A stretch of 43,005 nt of DNA from Candidatus Methylomirabilis oxygeniifera (GTDB lineage: Bacteria > Methylomirabilota > Methylomirabilia > Methylomirabilales > Methylomirabilaceae), in NCBI GenBank assembly GCA_016190255.1, contig JACPQX010000037.1, positions 1-43,005 on the forward strand, in the 5' to 3' direction. A program made the position numbers and the translations under genes. Below the pieces are notes generated by a model. The model made no database searches. It was not told where the DNA came from and was given only the letters and a program-made list of their open reading frames with translations. Below, in pieces: positions 26,872 through 35,992 of the stretch (the first letter of the stretch is position 1; every line of letters starts with the position of its first letter).

Positions 26872-28383
26872 CTACCTCTGAGTCTGCGTCTCCAACGGGC
26901 CGAGGTCGAACACCATGCCGGTCATGTGAGTCTTCTGAACGGCCACAATGGGGTAACGAGTCAGCAGGTGCGCGATCAGGGCGGGATCGAGCCCGTCGGT
27001 GGGGTAGATCACAAGGTGCCGGGCTTTCCGATTGTGGGGCTGTTCGAGCGACTGCCTGAGGCTCGTCGGTCGGATGTTCCATCCCTTTCGCCGGAAGGCA
27101 TAGAGCAGTCGTGGATCCCACGGGGCAAAACTGACATAGGAGCTTGAGACCATGATCGGTGGACCCTGTGGGATGGTTCGCTTGACGGTTTCCGCGAATT
27201 GATACAGGCCCGCGATGTCTTCGCCGTACCAGGGCTTGACGATTCTCCGGCTTTCAGCCCCTGTCGCGATGATCAGCAGAGCCATTAGAGGGAGCCACAC
27301 AAACCGCCGGAGCGGGAGCTGAGGGAGGCAGGAGATCGCCTTTCCGATGTAGATGGCCGCGATCGGGACCAGGGGGAGCTGGTAGTAGTCGTGGACGATA
27401 TTGCCCATGCCGACCGCAAGCACATAGAGAATCGCGGCCCCGAGCCAGACGTCCAGCACCCGTTCTTCAGTCTTCCGCAGTCCTAACAAGAGACCCAAGA
27501 GGAACAAACCCCTCCCCACCGAGGTCAGGACGTCTTGCCCCAGCCGCTCCCACATGATCCGGTACAGGTCTTTGCCTCGCAGGAGACGAACATCCGATAG
27601 CAGCCAGCTCATGTCCAGGTTGGGAGACGTCGCGCTGTGATAGAGCCATACGGCGGAGGGGAGGAGAAAGAGGGTCAGAAAGAGCGCGAGGGCCTTCTTC
27701 CGAAAAACTGCCCGGCCGTGTTTCGCCCACGCCATATAGGTCATCGGGATGACGATGTGGATCATCGGGAACTTGACCACGAACGCGGTGATGGCGAAGA
27801 TCGCGGCAATGATGAACGTCGTCCCTCGCTCGTCCTGGAGCCAGTCATAGAAGTAGAGCAGGGCCCCGATCCCCGCACACAGCATCAGACTCTCAGGCAT
27901 AAAGGCCCGTCCGTAAAAGACGCTGATGGGAGACAGCACGAAGTACATTGCGGCGAACAGCGCCACGGGTGGACCGGAGATACGCCTCGCCAGTCGGTAG
28001 AGCAAGAGGGCGGCGAGGGTCGAGAAGGCGATGGAGACCAGCCGGCCGACGAACTCGTGGAGGCCGAAGATCTTGTAGAGGAGCGCGACGAGAGCGTTAT
28101 ACAGCGGAAACTCCAGAACGAGCAGGCCCGTCTCGCTGCACATTTCGGTGCAATAGAAATCGACCCGTGGGGACCAGAGGTTCAATCCATCGAGATAGAG
28201 ATTTGCCGCGATCATGGCGGTCTGGGTCTGTCGCCAACTGTGGTGATCGCCGAGTGGCTTCGTGATGTGATGAAGGCGGAGGGCAACACCCAGGATGAGG
28301 ATTGCGACGAGAAACCAGCGCTCGTAAGGAAGGCTGACGGGGGATGTCTCGTCAATCACCGGATCGACGGGCTGAGCCGTCAT
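26872..28383 (-). CDS. ArnT/PMT-like GT-C glycosyltransferase
   Basis: HHSWRQTQTAMIA, LEFPLYN, YGRAFMPESL, HDYYQLP and multiple TM helices. ATGA overlap at 28383-28380. Confidence 0.85.
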   Translation of the reverse strand: MTAQPVDPVIDETSPVSLPYERWFLVAILILGVALRLHHITKPLGDHHSWRQTQTAMIAANLYLDGLNLWSPRVDFYCTEMCSETGLLVLEFPLYNALVALLYKIFGLHEFVGRLVSIAFSTLAALLLYRLARRISGPPVALFAAMYFVLSPISVFYGRAFMPESLMLCAGIGALLYFYDWLQDERGTTFIIAAIFAITAFVVKFPMIHIVIPMTYMAWAKHGRAVFRKKALALFLTLFLLPSAVWLYHSATSPNLDMSWLLSDVRLLRGKDLYRIMWERLGQDVLTSVGRGLFLLGLLLGLRKTEERVLDVWLGAAILYVLAVGMGNIVHDYYQLPLVPIAAIYIGKAISCLPQLPLRRFVWLPLMALLIIATGAESRRIVKPWYGEDIAGLYQFAETVKRTIPQGPPIMVSSSYVSFAPWDPRLLYAFRRKGWNIRPTSLRQSLEQPHNRKARHLVIYPTDGLDPALIAHLLTRYPIVAVQKTHMTGMVFDLGPLETQTQR

Positions 28384-29180
28384 CCTTTCGGAGAAAGGGG
28401 GCTGTGCGTGGCCCGTGTGCCGGCCTCCGTCATGCCAAGCCAATACCACTTGAGATACTTCGGGAGCCAGCGGACGGTCTTGAAGTTCGACGTGCCCCGG
28501 CTTCGATCGCGCCATGTGGTCGGCAGCTCGGCGATCCGGTAACCCTTCAGGTGACTCTTCACAGTTAACTCCAGTCCAAACTCGAAGCCGCCCGTGCTCT
28601 CGATGGCGATCTCCTCGAGTAGGCGACGCCGGTATAACTTGAAACTGTTGGTGGCATCGTGGGTCGGGATCCGCACCAGCCAGTGGAGCGACAGGCCGGC
28701 CAGGCGAGACAAGAGCGATTTGACGAGCGGCCCGCCGACTTGCCGGCCCCCCCGCATATAGCGGGAAGCACAGACGAGATCGTACCCCTCCGCCAGTTTC
28801 TCGCACATCGCGGGGATCGTTGTGGGGTCGTCGGAGGCGTCCGCCATGGTGACCAGCACCGCATCACCTCTCGCCTCTCGGAAGCCTACCTTGATGGCAT
28901 TGAGGACGCCGCGGCCTAGGTCGTTCAGGATCGGTCGAAGATGGGGCCACCGCTGGGCGAGACGCCTGGCGACGGGGACCGTCGGGTCTTCTTCAAAGTC
29001 GTAGACGATGAGGAGTTCATGCGGGAGGACCACGGCCGCCTGGATCGCTTCGATCGTGGGGGCCAGCGCCTCGGCCTCGCGGTAGACCGGGATGACGATG
29101 CTTAGCGGGGGACCGGGCCTAGGATCTGGTCCAGGGTGAAAATGATCCGGCCGGTCCCGAACAGGTTCCAGATGTCGCAT
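28380..29180 (-). CDS. GT2, DPM1/ArnC-like polyprenyl-phosphate sugar synthase
   Basis: LSIVIPVYRE, TMADASDDP, ASRYMRGG, HDATNSFKLY, ELPTTWRDR..G.S. Start codon uncertain. Confidence 0.85.
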   Translation of the reverse strand: MRHLEPVRDRPDHFHPGPDPRPGPPLSIVIPVYREAEALAPTIEAIQAAVVLPHELLIVYDFEEDPTVPVARRLAQRWPHLRPILNDLGRGVLNAIKVGFREARGDAVLVTMADASDDPTTIPAMCEKLAEGYDLVCASRYMRGGRQVGGPLVKSLLSRLAGLSLHWLVRIPTHDATNSFKLYRRRLLEEIAIESTGGFEFGLELTVKSHLKGYRIAELPTTWRDRSRGTSNFKTVRWLPKYLKWYWLGMTEAGTRATHSPLSPKG

Positions 29181-30346
29181 ATCACGGCATCCTTCTGGGC
29201 CAAGGTCCGAATCGTCTCGAGGGTCAGGGTCCGAAACTGATCGTGATTGGTAGCCAGGAAAATCACGTCGGCCCTGTGGAGGACTTTCTCCAGAGGGTCA
29301 GAGGCCACGAAGGGATCGTTCAGGTACACGTCGGCGCCCTCGGCGTGCAGGATCTTTCTCGCCTTGTAAGAGAGAGAGTTGCGAGGGTCGTCGATATTCT
29401 TCTTGAAGCTCAAGCCGAGGATCGCCACCTTGGCCCCGTCCAGCGGAACGACTGTCTTGATCAGATTGATCAGATGGGCAGGGACCGTTTCGTTGATCTT
29501 CCAAGCGGTCGAGATCAGCTCGGCGTACGGCGTCTTGCTCACCAGGAAGAATCCGTCCTTGTACAGGCAAGGACCGCCCGTGAGGCCGGGTTGTTTGAGG
29601 CCGCCCCGCTTGTAGTCATGGTTCACGAGGTCCAGGATCTGGTAGATCTCCCGCCCGTGTTGCTGCGCGATCATCATGAACTCGTTGGCGATGGCGAAGT
29701 CGATATAACGGTACATATTGCAGAATAACTTGGCCAGCTCTGCGCTCCGCGCATCCGTGGTCAGGATCGTTTTGGTGATCTGGGCGAACAGGGCGCCGGC
29801 CCGGTCCGCGCTCGTCGGGTCGAGGGCACCGACGATCTGCGGGATGATCGGGATCTCCTCGAGCGACCGGCCCTCGGCGATCCGTTCAGGGCAGAAGGCG
29901 ATGAAGAGGTCTCTCCCCACGCGAAACTCGGAGGTCTTCTCTATGATCCGTCTCAGGTACTCAGTCGTCCCGGGCGAGACCGTGCTTCGGAGGATGATCA
30001 GCGTGCCCGGCCTGAGGAACGGGAGCATTCTCCGCGTGGTGACCTCCACGTGGCTGAAGATCGGATTCATGTGCTCGTCAACCGGCGTCCCCAGGGTTAT
30101 GACCACCGTGCCCGCCTCGGCTGCGGCGGCAAGCTCGGCGCCGGGGAAGAAGTTCACGTCAAGGTGCCGCTCGAGTAACGCCTGGCATCCCGCTTCAAGG
30201 AACGGCATCTGGCGCAATCTGAGACGGGCAAGGAGCTCAGCCGAGATGTCGATGCCGAATACCTTGGCCCCTGCCTCCGCCAGGACGAGCGCCAGGGGCA
30301 GACCTACCCGTCCGAGGCCGATGATCGCGATCGTTTCATCCATCAT
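29102..30346 (-). CDS. UDP-glucose/GDP-mannose/UDP-ManNAc dehydrogenase family protein
   Basis: IIGLGRVGLP, LRSTVSPGTT, FCPERIAEG, AELAKL..N, GGPCLYKD, LGLSFKKNIDDPRNS. Confidence 0.92.
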   Translation of the reverse strand: MMDETIAIIGLGRVGLPLALVLAEAGAKVFGIDISAELLARLRLRQMPFLEAGCQALLERHLDVNFFPGAELAAAAEAGTVVITLGTPVDEHMNPIFSHVEVTTRRMLPFLRPGTLIILRSTVSPGTTEYLRRIIEKTSEFRVGRDLFIAFCPERIAEGRSLEEIPIIPQIVGALDPTSADRAGALFAQITKTILTTDARSAELAKLFCNMYRYIDFAIANEFMMIAQQHGREIYQILDLVNHDYKRGGLKQPGLTGGPCLYKDGFFLVSKTPYAELISTAWKINETVPAHLINLIKTVVPLDGAKVAILGLSFKKNIDDPRNSLSYKARKILHAEGADVYLNDPFVASDPLEKVLHRADVIFLATNHDQFRTLTLETIRTLAQKDAVICDIWNLFGTGRIIFTLDQILGPVPR

Positions 30347-31305
30347 CCGTCCCATTTTTCGAGGTAGCGGGTCCTGATCCAGTCGATCACTTCGCTGAGG
30401 CCTCTCTCGAACGGGACCTCGGGCTCCCACCCGAGCAGCCTCTTGGCCTTACTGGCATCCGGGACCCGCCGCTGGATATCATGCTCGAACCCCTCGACGA
30501 ACCGGACGCGAAATGGGCGGTCCGTATGACAGAGCTCGAAGATGGTCCGGGCGAGGTCAGGGATTCTCACCTCTTGGGATGTCCCGAGATTGAAGTCCTC
30601 GTTGACGGCCCGCTCGCTCTCCATGGCCATGATGATCCCTCTGGCGATGTCGCGGACGTGCGTGAAGCAGCGAGTTTGCTCTCCGGAGCCGAGCAACTCC
30701 AGCGGATCCTGGCCCTCAAGGACCTTCTTCACCAAGTCAGGAATCACGTGGGCGTAGCCGACCTCGTTGCCAGGGGCCTCGTTCATGCCGTACGCGTTAA
30801 ATGGCCTCATGATGGTGTAGGGAAGGCCACGTTCGGCCGAAAAGGCGCGACAGTACCACTCCCCTGAGAGCTTGCTGAAACCGTAGGAGGTGATCGGTGG
30901 CGGGATCGACGTGACGGCGTCTTCTGCGCTGGGGAACCTGGAAGCCGACTCGAACACCATCGAGGAGGAGATATAGACCATCCGCCGCAGGTTGTGGCGG
31001 ACCGCCGCTTCGAACGTGGCGGAGTAGAGCTTGTTGTTCTCACTGAGGATCGTGGCCGGAAATCGGTGGAAATAGCCGATCCCGCCGATCTTGGCGGCGA
31101 GATTGATGCAGATGTGCCCGCCGGCGAAGGCGTCGAGGGTGGCCGCAGGATCGGTCAGATCCACCTGGACGAACTCATACCCTTCTTGCCGCGTGCTTTC
31201 CGGCTTGCTGAGGTCGTCCAGGACGCGAACGGCGTATCCTCGCTCGAGCAGTTGGCGCACGACCTCGGTGCCGATAAATCCGCAACCTCCGGTGACCAGG
31301 ATCAC
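30343..31305 (-). CDS. NAD-dependent nucleotide-sugar epimerase/dehydratase (extended SDR)
   Basis: ILVTGGCGFIG, YISSSMV, YGFSK, RPFNAYG. GAGGAGG 8 nt before GTG31305. Confidence 0.9.
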   Translation of the reverse strand: MILVTGGCGFIGTEVVRQLLERGYAVRVLDDLSKPESTRQEGYEFVQVDLTDPAATLDAFAGGHICINLAAKIGGIGYFHRFPATILSENNKLYSATFEAAVRHNLRRMVYISSSMVFESASRFPSAEDAVTSIPPPITSYGFSKLSGEWYCRAFSAERGLPYTIMRPFNAYGMNEAPGNEVGYAHVIPDLVKKVLEGQDPLELLGSGEQTRCFTHVRDIARGIIMAMESERAVNEDFNLGTSQEVRIPDLARTIFELCHTDRPFRVRFVEGFEHDIQRRVPDASKAKRLLGWEPEVPFERGLSEVIDWIRTRYLEKWDG

Positions 31306-31407
31306 GACGCACACCTCCTCGCCGAGATGACCACCAAGGATAGGCGAGACTAGCACAAACGCGGATTGCGAAGCAAGCCACTTTCGCCCCGCAGGGTTGA
31401 GGGTCAA

Positions 31408-31456
31408 AACTGTGAACCGTGGACGATTGACTGTGAACTGTTTACCGTGAACAGGG
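31408..31456. repeat. Degenerate heptamer array (AACYGTG x7)
   Basis: aactgtg aaccgtg gacgatt gactgtg aactgtt taccgtg aacaggg, in the divergent intergenic region. Confidence 0.7.
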
Positions 31457-31479
31457 GCCTTCCGTTCGAGAACCTCGGC

Positions 31480-31509
31480 TTGACAATCGGCGGAAAAGCG
31501 TGTTAAGTG
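31480..31509 (+). promoter_or_regulatory. Possible sigma70 promoter
   Basis: TTGACA 31480-31485; -10 region weak (TGTTAAGT). Confidence 0.4.
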
Positions 31510-31595
31510 GGTGCAATCGTCATGGCGGGAACACGTATGCGGAGCGTTCCCTTTGGCGAGTCACCGATGGTTGCCCCCAGGAGGAGGATACGATC

Positions 31596-32588
31596 GTGGC
31601 GACCTCACGGGTGACGGTTGGGATTATTAATTACGGCGACTACCGTCACTTGCCACTCTGTCTCGACAGCGTGAAACGTCAGAGCCTCAAGGCTGATCTG
31701 ATTACGCTGTTGGACAACCAAAGTTGCGACGAAGCGATCGCGCCCATCGCCAGCGCCTACCCGGAGGTCCGTCTCCTGTCGATGCGGGAGAACCTGGGGT
31801 ACAGTGGTGGGGGCAATCGCATCATCAGGGAAGCTGCCGGCTACGACTATATCCTGCTTCTGAACCCTGATGCCGTTCTCGATCCCCGATGCTTGGAGGA
31901 GATGGTCATTGCCATGGATTCGGCTCCGGGCGCGGGTGCCGTGGGGGGGAAGCTCGTGTTGGGCGATCCTCAGATCGAGAGCGATCTCGACGACGCGGGC
32001 CCCCGCGTCCTCGATAGCACGGGTCACCTGGTGTTCCGAAATCGACGGGTCATCGACCGAGGACACGGCGAGCAGGACCTGGGCCAGTATGACCGGCCTG
32101 AAGCGATCTTCAGCGTCTGCGGGGCGGCCGTGCTCTTCAGGAGGGCGATGCTGGAGGAGGTCCGGATCGGGTCGGAGTACTTCGACGAAGACTTCTTCGC
32201 CTACAAGGAGGATGTGGATATCTGCTGGCGGGCCCAGTTGCTCGGGTGGAGTTCCCTCTACCATCCCGCCGCGACCGCCTATCATCTTCGGGGATGGAAA
32301 CGACGGGATGACCGTCGGCGCGTCCCCTGGATCCGGAAGTACCACTCCTTTAAGAACCATTACCTCATGATGATCAAGAACGAGCTTCCTGCACTCTTCT
32401 GGCGCGATTTTTTGCCAATCCTCTGGCTGGGGGTGCGCGCAATGGCCTACATCTCCATCATGGAGCCCGCGTTGTGGAGGTCCGTGCTGGATCTCCGGAA
32501 ATACTGGCCGGGGGCTCAGCACAAGCGTCGCATCATCATGGGGCGGCGGCGGGCCTCGGTGGAGATGATGGGACGATGGTTCGTGTAG
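31596..32588 (+). CDS. Glycosyltransferase family 2
   Basis: VGIINY, NLGYSGGGN, LLNPD, FDEDFFAYKEDVDICWRAQ. AGGAGGAGG RBS before GTG31596. Confidence 0.9.
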   Translation: MATSRVTVGIINYGDYRHLPLCLDSVKRQSLKADLITLLDNQSCDEAIAPIASAYPEVRLLSMRENLGYSGGGNRIIREAAGYDYILLLNPDAVLDPRCLEEMVIAMDSAPGAGAVGGKLVLGDPQIESDLDDAGPRVLDSTGHLVFRNRRVIDRGHGEQDLGQYDRPEAIFSVCGAAVLFRRAMLEEVRIGSEYFDEDFFAYKEDVDICWRAQLLGWSSLYHPAATAYHLRGWKRRDDRRRVPWIRKYHSFKNHYLMMIKNELPALFWRDFLPILWLGVRAMAYISIMEPALWRSVLDLRKYWPGAQHKRRIIMGRRRASVEMMGRWFV

Positions 32589-32592
32589 ATCG

Positions 32593-34044
32593 ATGAGCCT
32601 GGTCAGGCGCGCCAGCTTGAATATCATGCTCAAGGCGCTGGGCGAGCTCAGCCGTCTCGCCTGGGCCCTCCTCCTCATCTTGGTGGCGCGGCGTCTTGGG
32701 GCTGAGTCTCTGGGCCGGATCGCCTTCGCTTTTTCCTTCACCACGATCATCGTGCTGCTCACCGACCTGGGCATGAATATCCTCGTGGTTCGTGAGGTCG
32801 CCAGGGACAGGGGCGCGGCGGGCTACTACCTCGGGAACCTGCTCTCCCTCAAACTGGTGTCGGCCCCCGTGGCATTCGGCCTGATCGCGGCCGCGATCTC
32901 GCTGTCGGGCTATAGCTCCGACGTCGTGACGGTGGTGCTGGTCTTTGCAGGAATCAGCGTTGCTCGCGGGCTGCTGGAATTGTACGGCGCCGTCTTCAGC
33001 GGGCTCGAGGTGATGGGTCGTGAGGCGGTCCTGAAGAACCTGTATCAGATGGGCCTCTTCCTGTCGGGAGGGATCGCCCTCGCCCTTGGGTACGGGGCAC
33101 TGGGGCTGTCGGTTGCGCTTCTGATCGCGAGCCTCCTCACGGTCCTCGTCGGCTCCGGGATGGTTCGGCGGACGATGCCCGGTGTTCGCCTCCTGTGGGA
33201 TGGAGCCCTCTGGTTGTCGATGATGCGGCGAGGGCTCCCTCTGGCGATGACCACCATCTTCATCATCCTGTACAATGATAGCGATCTGGTTCTCCTCAGC
33301 TACCTCGGGAAGGCGGAGCACGAGGTGGGCGTATACGCCGCAGCGAGCAAGATCCTCAAGACGCTCCAATTGATCCCGATGCTGGTCGTGAGCGGCGTGT
33401 ATCCGGTGTTTTCGGATCTCGCCAGGGGTTCGAAGGACGCGCTCAACACCGCCTATCGCGGAACCCTGAAGCTTCTCCTCATGATCGCGATCCCGCTGTC
33501 GATCGTCGTGGCGATCTTTGCCGATTTGTTCATCAGATTGATCTACGGGCAGGGCTTCACCCAGGCGATTCCGCCGCTCCGCCTGTTGGCCCTCTCGATC
33601 CCATTCGTGTACCTGGGGTATGTCCTGGTGAATGTCCTCGTGTCGTCCGATCACCTGGCCTGGGCCGCTGTGGCCACCGGAGGGGCGTGCACGATCAACG
33701 TCGCGGCCAATCTCCTGTTGATCCCGGTTCTCGGAATCTCCGGATCAGCCATGGCCGCCACGGCGACGCAGGCCGCCTTGGTCGTGATCGGAGGCGTTGC
33801 GACTGAGAGGGCCGTCACCCGCTCGAGATGGATCCAGCTCGCCTCGAAACCGATCGTGGCGGGCGCTGCGATGCTCCTCGTCGTCATCCTCGTCGGCCGC
33901 GCAAGCTGGATGTTCGCCTTCCCAGCGGGGCTGGGCGCCTATCTCCTGGCCCTGGCCCTGACGGGATCACTTCGAGAGGAGGAGTTCGCGGCGGTGAAGA
34001 GGCTCTGGCGAGGCGTGGCGCTGCAGAAGGTGCGCCATCTATGA
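32593..34044 (+). CDS. wzx: MOP-family oligosaccharide flippase
   Basis: ARRLGAE..G, TDLGM...VREVAR, D.VLL.YL...VGVYAAA; about 14 hydrophobic segments. Confidence 0.88.
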   Translation: MSLVRRASLNIMLKALGELSRLAWALLLILVARRLGAESLGRIAFAFSFTTIIVLLTDLGMNILVVREVARDRGAAGYYLGNLLSLKLVSAPVAFGLIAAAISLSGYSSDVVTVVLVFAGISVARGLLELYGAVFSGLEVMGREAVLKNLYQMGLFLSGGIALALGYGALGLSVALLIASLLTVLVGSGMVRRTMPGVRLLWDGALWLSMMRRGLPLAMTTIFIILYNDSDLVLLSYLGKAEHEVGVYAAASKILKTLQLIPMLVVSGVYPVFSDLARGSKDALNTAYRGTLKLLLMIAIPLSIVVAIFADLFIRLIYGQGFTQAIPPLRLLALSIPFVYLGYVLVNVLVSSDHLAWAAVATGGACTINVAANLLLIPVLGISGSAMAATATQAALVVIGGVATERAVTRSRWIQLASKPIVAGAAMLLVVILVGRASWMFAFPAGLGAYLLALALTGSLREEEFAAVKRLWRGVALQKVRHL

Positions 34045-34766
34045 CGGGCTCAAAGGGTTCCAGAGTGAGTAGGGGCGACCCGGCGGGTCGCCCCTACCCG
34101 GAACCCGGAACCCGGAACCCGGAACCTCAGACCCCACCGGGACCGTATCGGCTCAACCTTGATGGCCCGATGACCGCCCACGCATTGGTGCTCCGGCTGG
34201 TCGGTCGGAACAAGTCGGTCCTGGAGATCGGCCCGGCCTCCGGGTATCTGAGCCGCCGCCTTGTGGAGGCCGGTTCTCGGGTCACGGGCATCGAGGCCGA
34301 CGCAGAGGCAGCCAGTCGCGCCGACCACCCGGGGATCCATCTCATCTGCGGCTCGGTGGAGGAGGAAGAGACACTCCGGAAGATTCAAGGCGGCTTCGAC
34401 GTGGTCGTCCTTGCCGACGTTCTGGAGCACCTCAGGTGGCCCGAACAGACGCTGCTGCGGATGCGGGCGTTCCTCAATCCCGGCGGCTATGCCGTCGTCT
34501 CTCTGCCGAATATCGCCAATTGGAAGACCAGGATCGGTCTGCTCTTGGGCCGGTTCGAGTACAGCGATGAGGGGATCATGGATCGGACCCACCTCCGCTT
34601 CTTCACCAAGCGCAGCGCCGAGGAGATGATTCTCAAGGCCGGATACGAGGTGCTGGAATTCCATCCCGGCGCCACACGTATGCCCCGCATCCTCCTTAAG
34701 ACGTGGCCAACCCTGTGCGCGGTCCACCTGGTGTTCAAGATCGCCCCTCGGGAGGCACGCGCGTGA
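34041..34766 (+). CDS. Class I SAM-dependent methyltransferase with a repeat-derived N-terminus
   Basis: VLEIGPASG, FDVVVLADVLEHL, GIMDRTHLRFFT. ATGA overlap with the wzx stop. Confidence 0.85.
   Translation: MTGSKGSRVSRGDPAGRPYPEPGTRNPEPQTPPGPYRLNLDGPMTAHALVLRLVGRNKSVLEIGPASGYLSRRLVEAGSRVTGIEADAEAASRADHPGIHLICGSVEEEETLRKIQGGFDVVVLADVLEHLRWPEQTLLRMRAFLNPGGYAVVSLPNIANWKTRIGLLLGRFEYSDEGIMDRTHLRFFTKRSAEEMILKAGYEVLEFHPGATRMPRILLKTWPTLCAVHLVFKIAPREARA
34069..34132. repeat. Perfect GTAG REP-like palindrome (34069-34097) plus (CCGGAAC)x4
   Basis: gtaggggcgacccg-g-cgggtcgcccctac followed immediately by heptamers at 34098-34125. Confidence 0.9.
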
Positions 34767-35992
34767 TCTCCGAGGCGAGGGTGGCCCTCGTTCACGATTG
34801 GCTGACGGGGATGAGGGGAGGGGAACGCTGCCTCGAGGCGCTGTGCGACCTCTTTCCAGGCGCTGACCTCTTCACGTTGCTCCACGTCAGGGGAAGCGTG
34901 TCGGAGATGATCGAACGCAGGCGAATCCACACGTCGGCCATACAACATCTGCCATTCGCGAAAAGCCGCTACCGCCATTATCTTCCGTTCTTCCCGTGGG
35001 CCATCGAGCGGTTCGAGCTTGATGGGTTCGATCTGGTCCTGTCCGGCAGCCACTGCGTGGCCAAAGGGGTCAAGGCCCCCCCCGGCGCCCTCCACATCGC
35101 CTACATCTACACTCCCATGCGATACATCTGGGACATGCACGAGGCCTATGTTGGCCCGGGACGGATGGGGCCGCTGTCCCGGGTCCTGCTTCGGGCCGTT
35201 GCGGGCCGGCTGCGGCGGTGGGATCTGGACGCCAACGCCAATGTCGATCACTTTGCGGCCATCTCCCAGCATGTCGCCAGTCGGATTCGGCGCCACTACG
35301 GCCGAGAGGCCGAGGTGATTTATCCCCCGGTGCAGACCGCCCGATTTCATATCGCCGCTCGGACGGATGATTACTACCTGTTGGCCGGCGCCTTCGCGCC
35401 TTACAAGCGGCTCGATCTCGCCGTTGAGGCATTTAACCGTCTCGGCCGACGCCTGGTCATCGTGGGCGACGGGCAGGAGAGCCGTCGCCTGCGGCGCATG
35501 GCCGGCACCACGGTCGAATTCCTCGGGTGGCGTCCCGATGATGAGGTGGCAGAGCTGCTCGCTCGTTGCCGCGCACTGGTCTTCCCTGGCGAGGAGGATT
35601 TTGGAATCCTGCCGGTCGAGGCGATGGCATGCGGGCGTCCCGTGATCGCGTACGGGAAAGGCGGCGTGACGGAAACGGTCATCCCACTGAATCGTTCAAA
35701 GTTCAATGTTCAATGTGCTGAGGCAAAAGATTCTCCGAAGCTGACTCCTCGAACCTCGAACCTCGAACCTCGAACCCCGACAGGGGTGTTTTTTTACGAC
35801 CAGACGGTCGAGGGGTTGATCGGCGCGGTCGAGCTGTACGAACGGTCGGCCGATCGGTTCGAGCCGGAGGCGCTTCGCGCCCACGCGCTCACCTTCGACC
35901 GATCGATCTTCGAGAAGCGGATGGCAGCCTACGTTGCCGAGCGCTACAACCTGTGGAAGGGTGAAGGGCGCAGTCGCCGTCGGCCATGCTGA
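34763..35992 (+). CDS. Glycosyltransferase family 4 (WbaZ-like) with in-frame heptamer insertion
   Basis: VALVHDWLTGMRGGER, TPMRYIWD, PYKRLDLAV, EEDFGILPVEAMACG. GGAGG RBS and GTGA overlap. Confidence 0.9.
   Translation: MISEARVALVHDWLTGMRGGERCLEALCDLFPGADLFTLLHVRGSVSEMIERRRIHTSAIQHLPFAKSRYRHYLPFFPWAIERFELDGFDLVLSGSHCVAKGVKAPPGALHIAYIYTPMRYIWDMHEAYVGPGRMGPLSRVLLRAVAGRLRRWDLDANANVDHFAAISQHVASRIRRHYGREAEVIYPPVQTARFHIAARTDDYYLLAGAFAPYKRLDLAVEAFNRLGRRLVIVGDGQESRRLRRMAGTTVEFLGWRPDDEVAELLARCRALVFPGEEDFGILPVEAMACGRPVIAYGKGGVTETVIPLNRSKFNVQCAEAKDSPKLTPRTSNLEPRTPTGVFFYDQTVEGLIGAVELYERSADRFEPEALRAHALTFDRSIFEKRMAAYVAERYNLWKGEGRSRRRPC
35693..35779. repeat. Inverted heptamer arrays inside a CDS
   Basis: (NGTTCAA)x3, spacer, then (AACCTCG)x3 plus aaccccg. 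Confidence 0.8.

Noticed and set aside
28384-28402. Small hairpin cctttcggagaaaggggg at the GT2/GT-C junction
   Set aside because: Single short occurrence inside coding sequence; no family support in the window.
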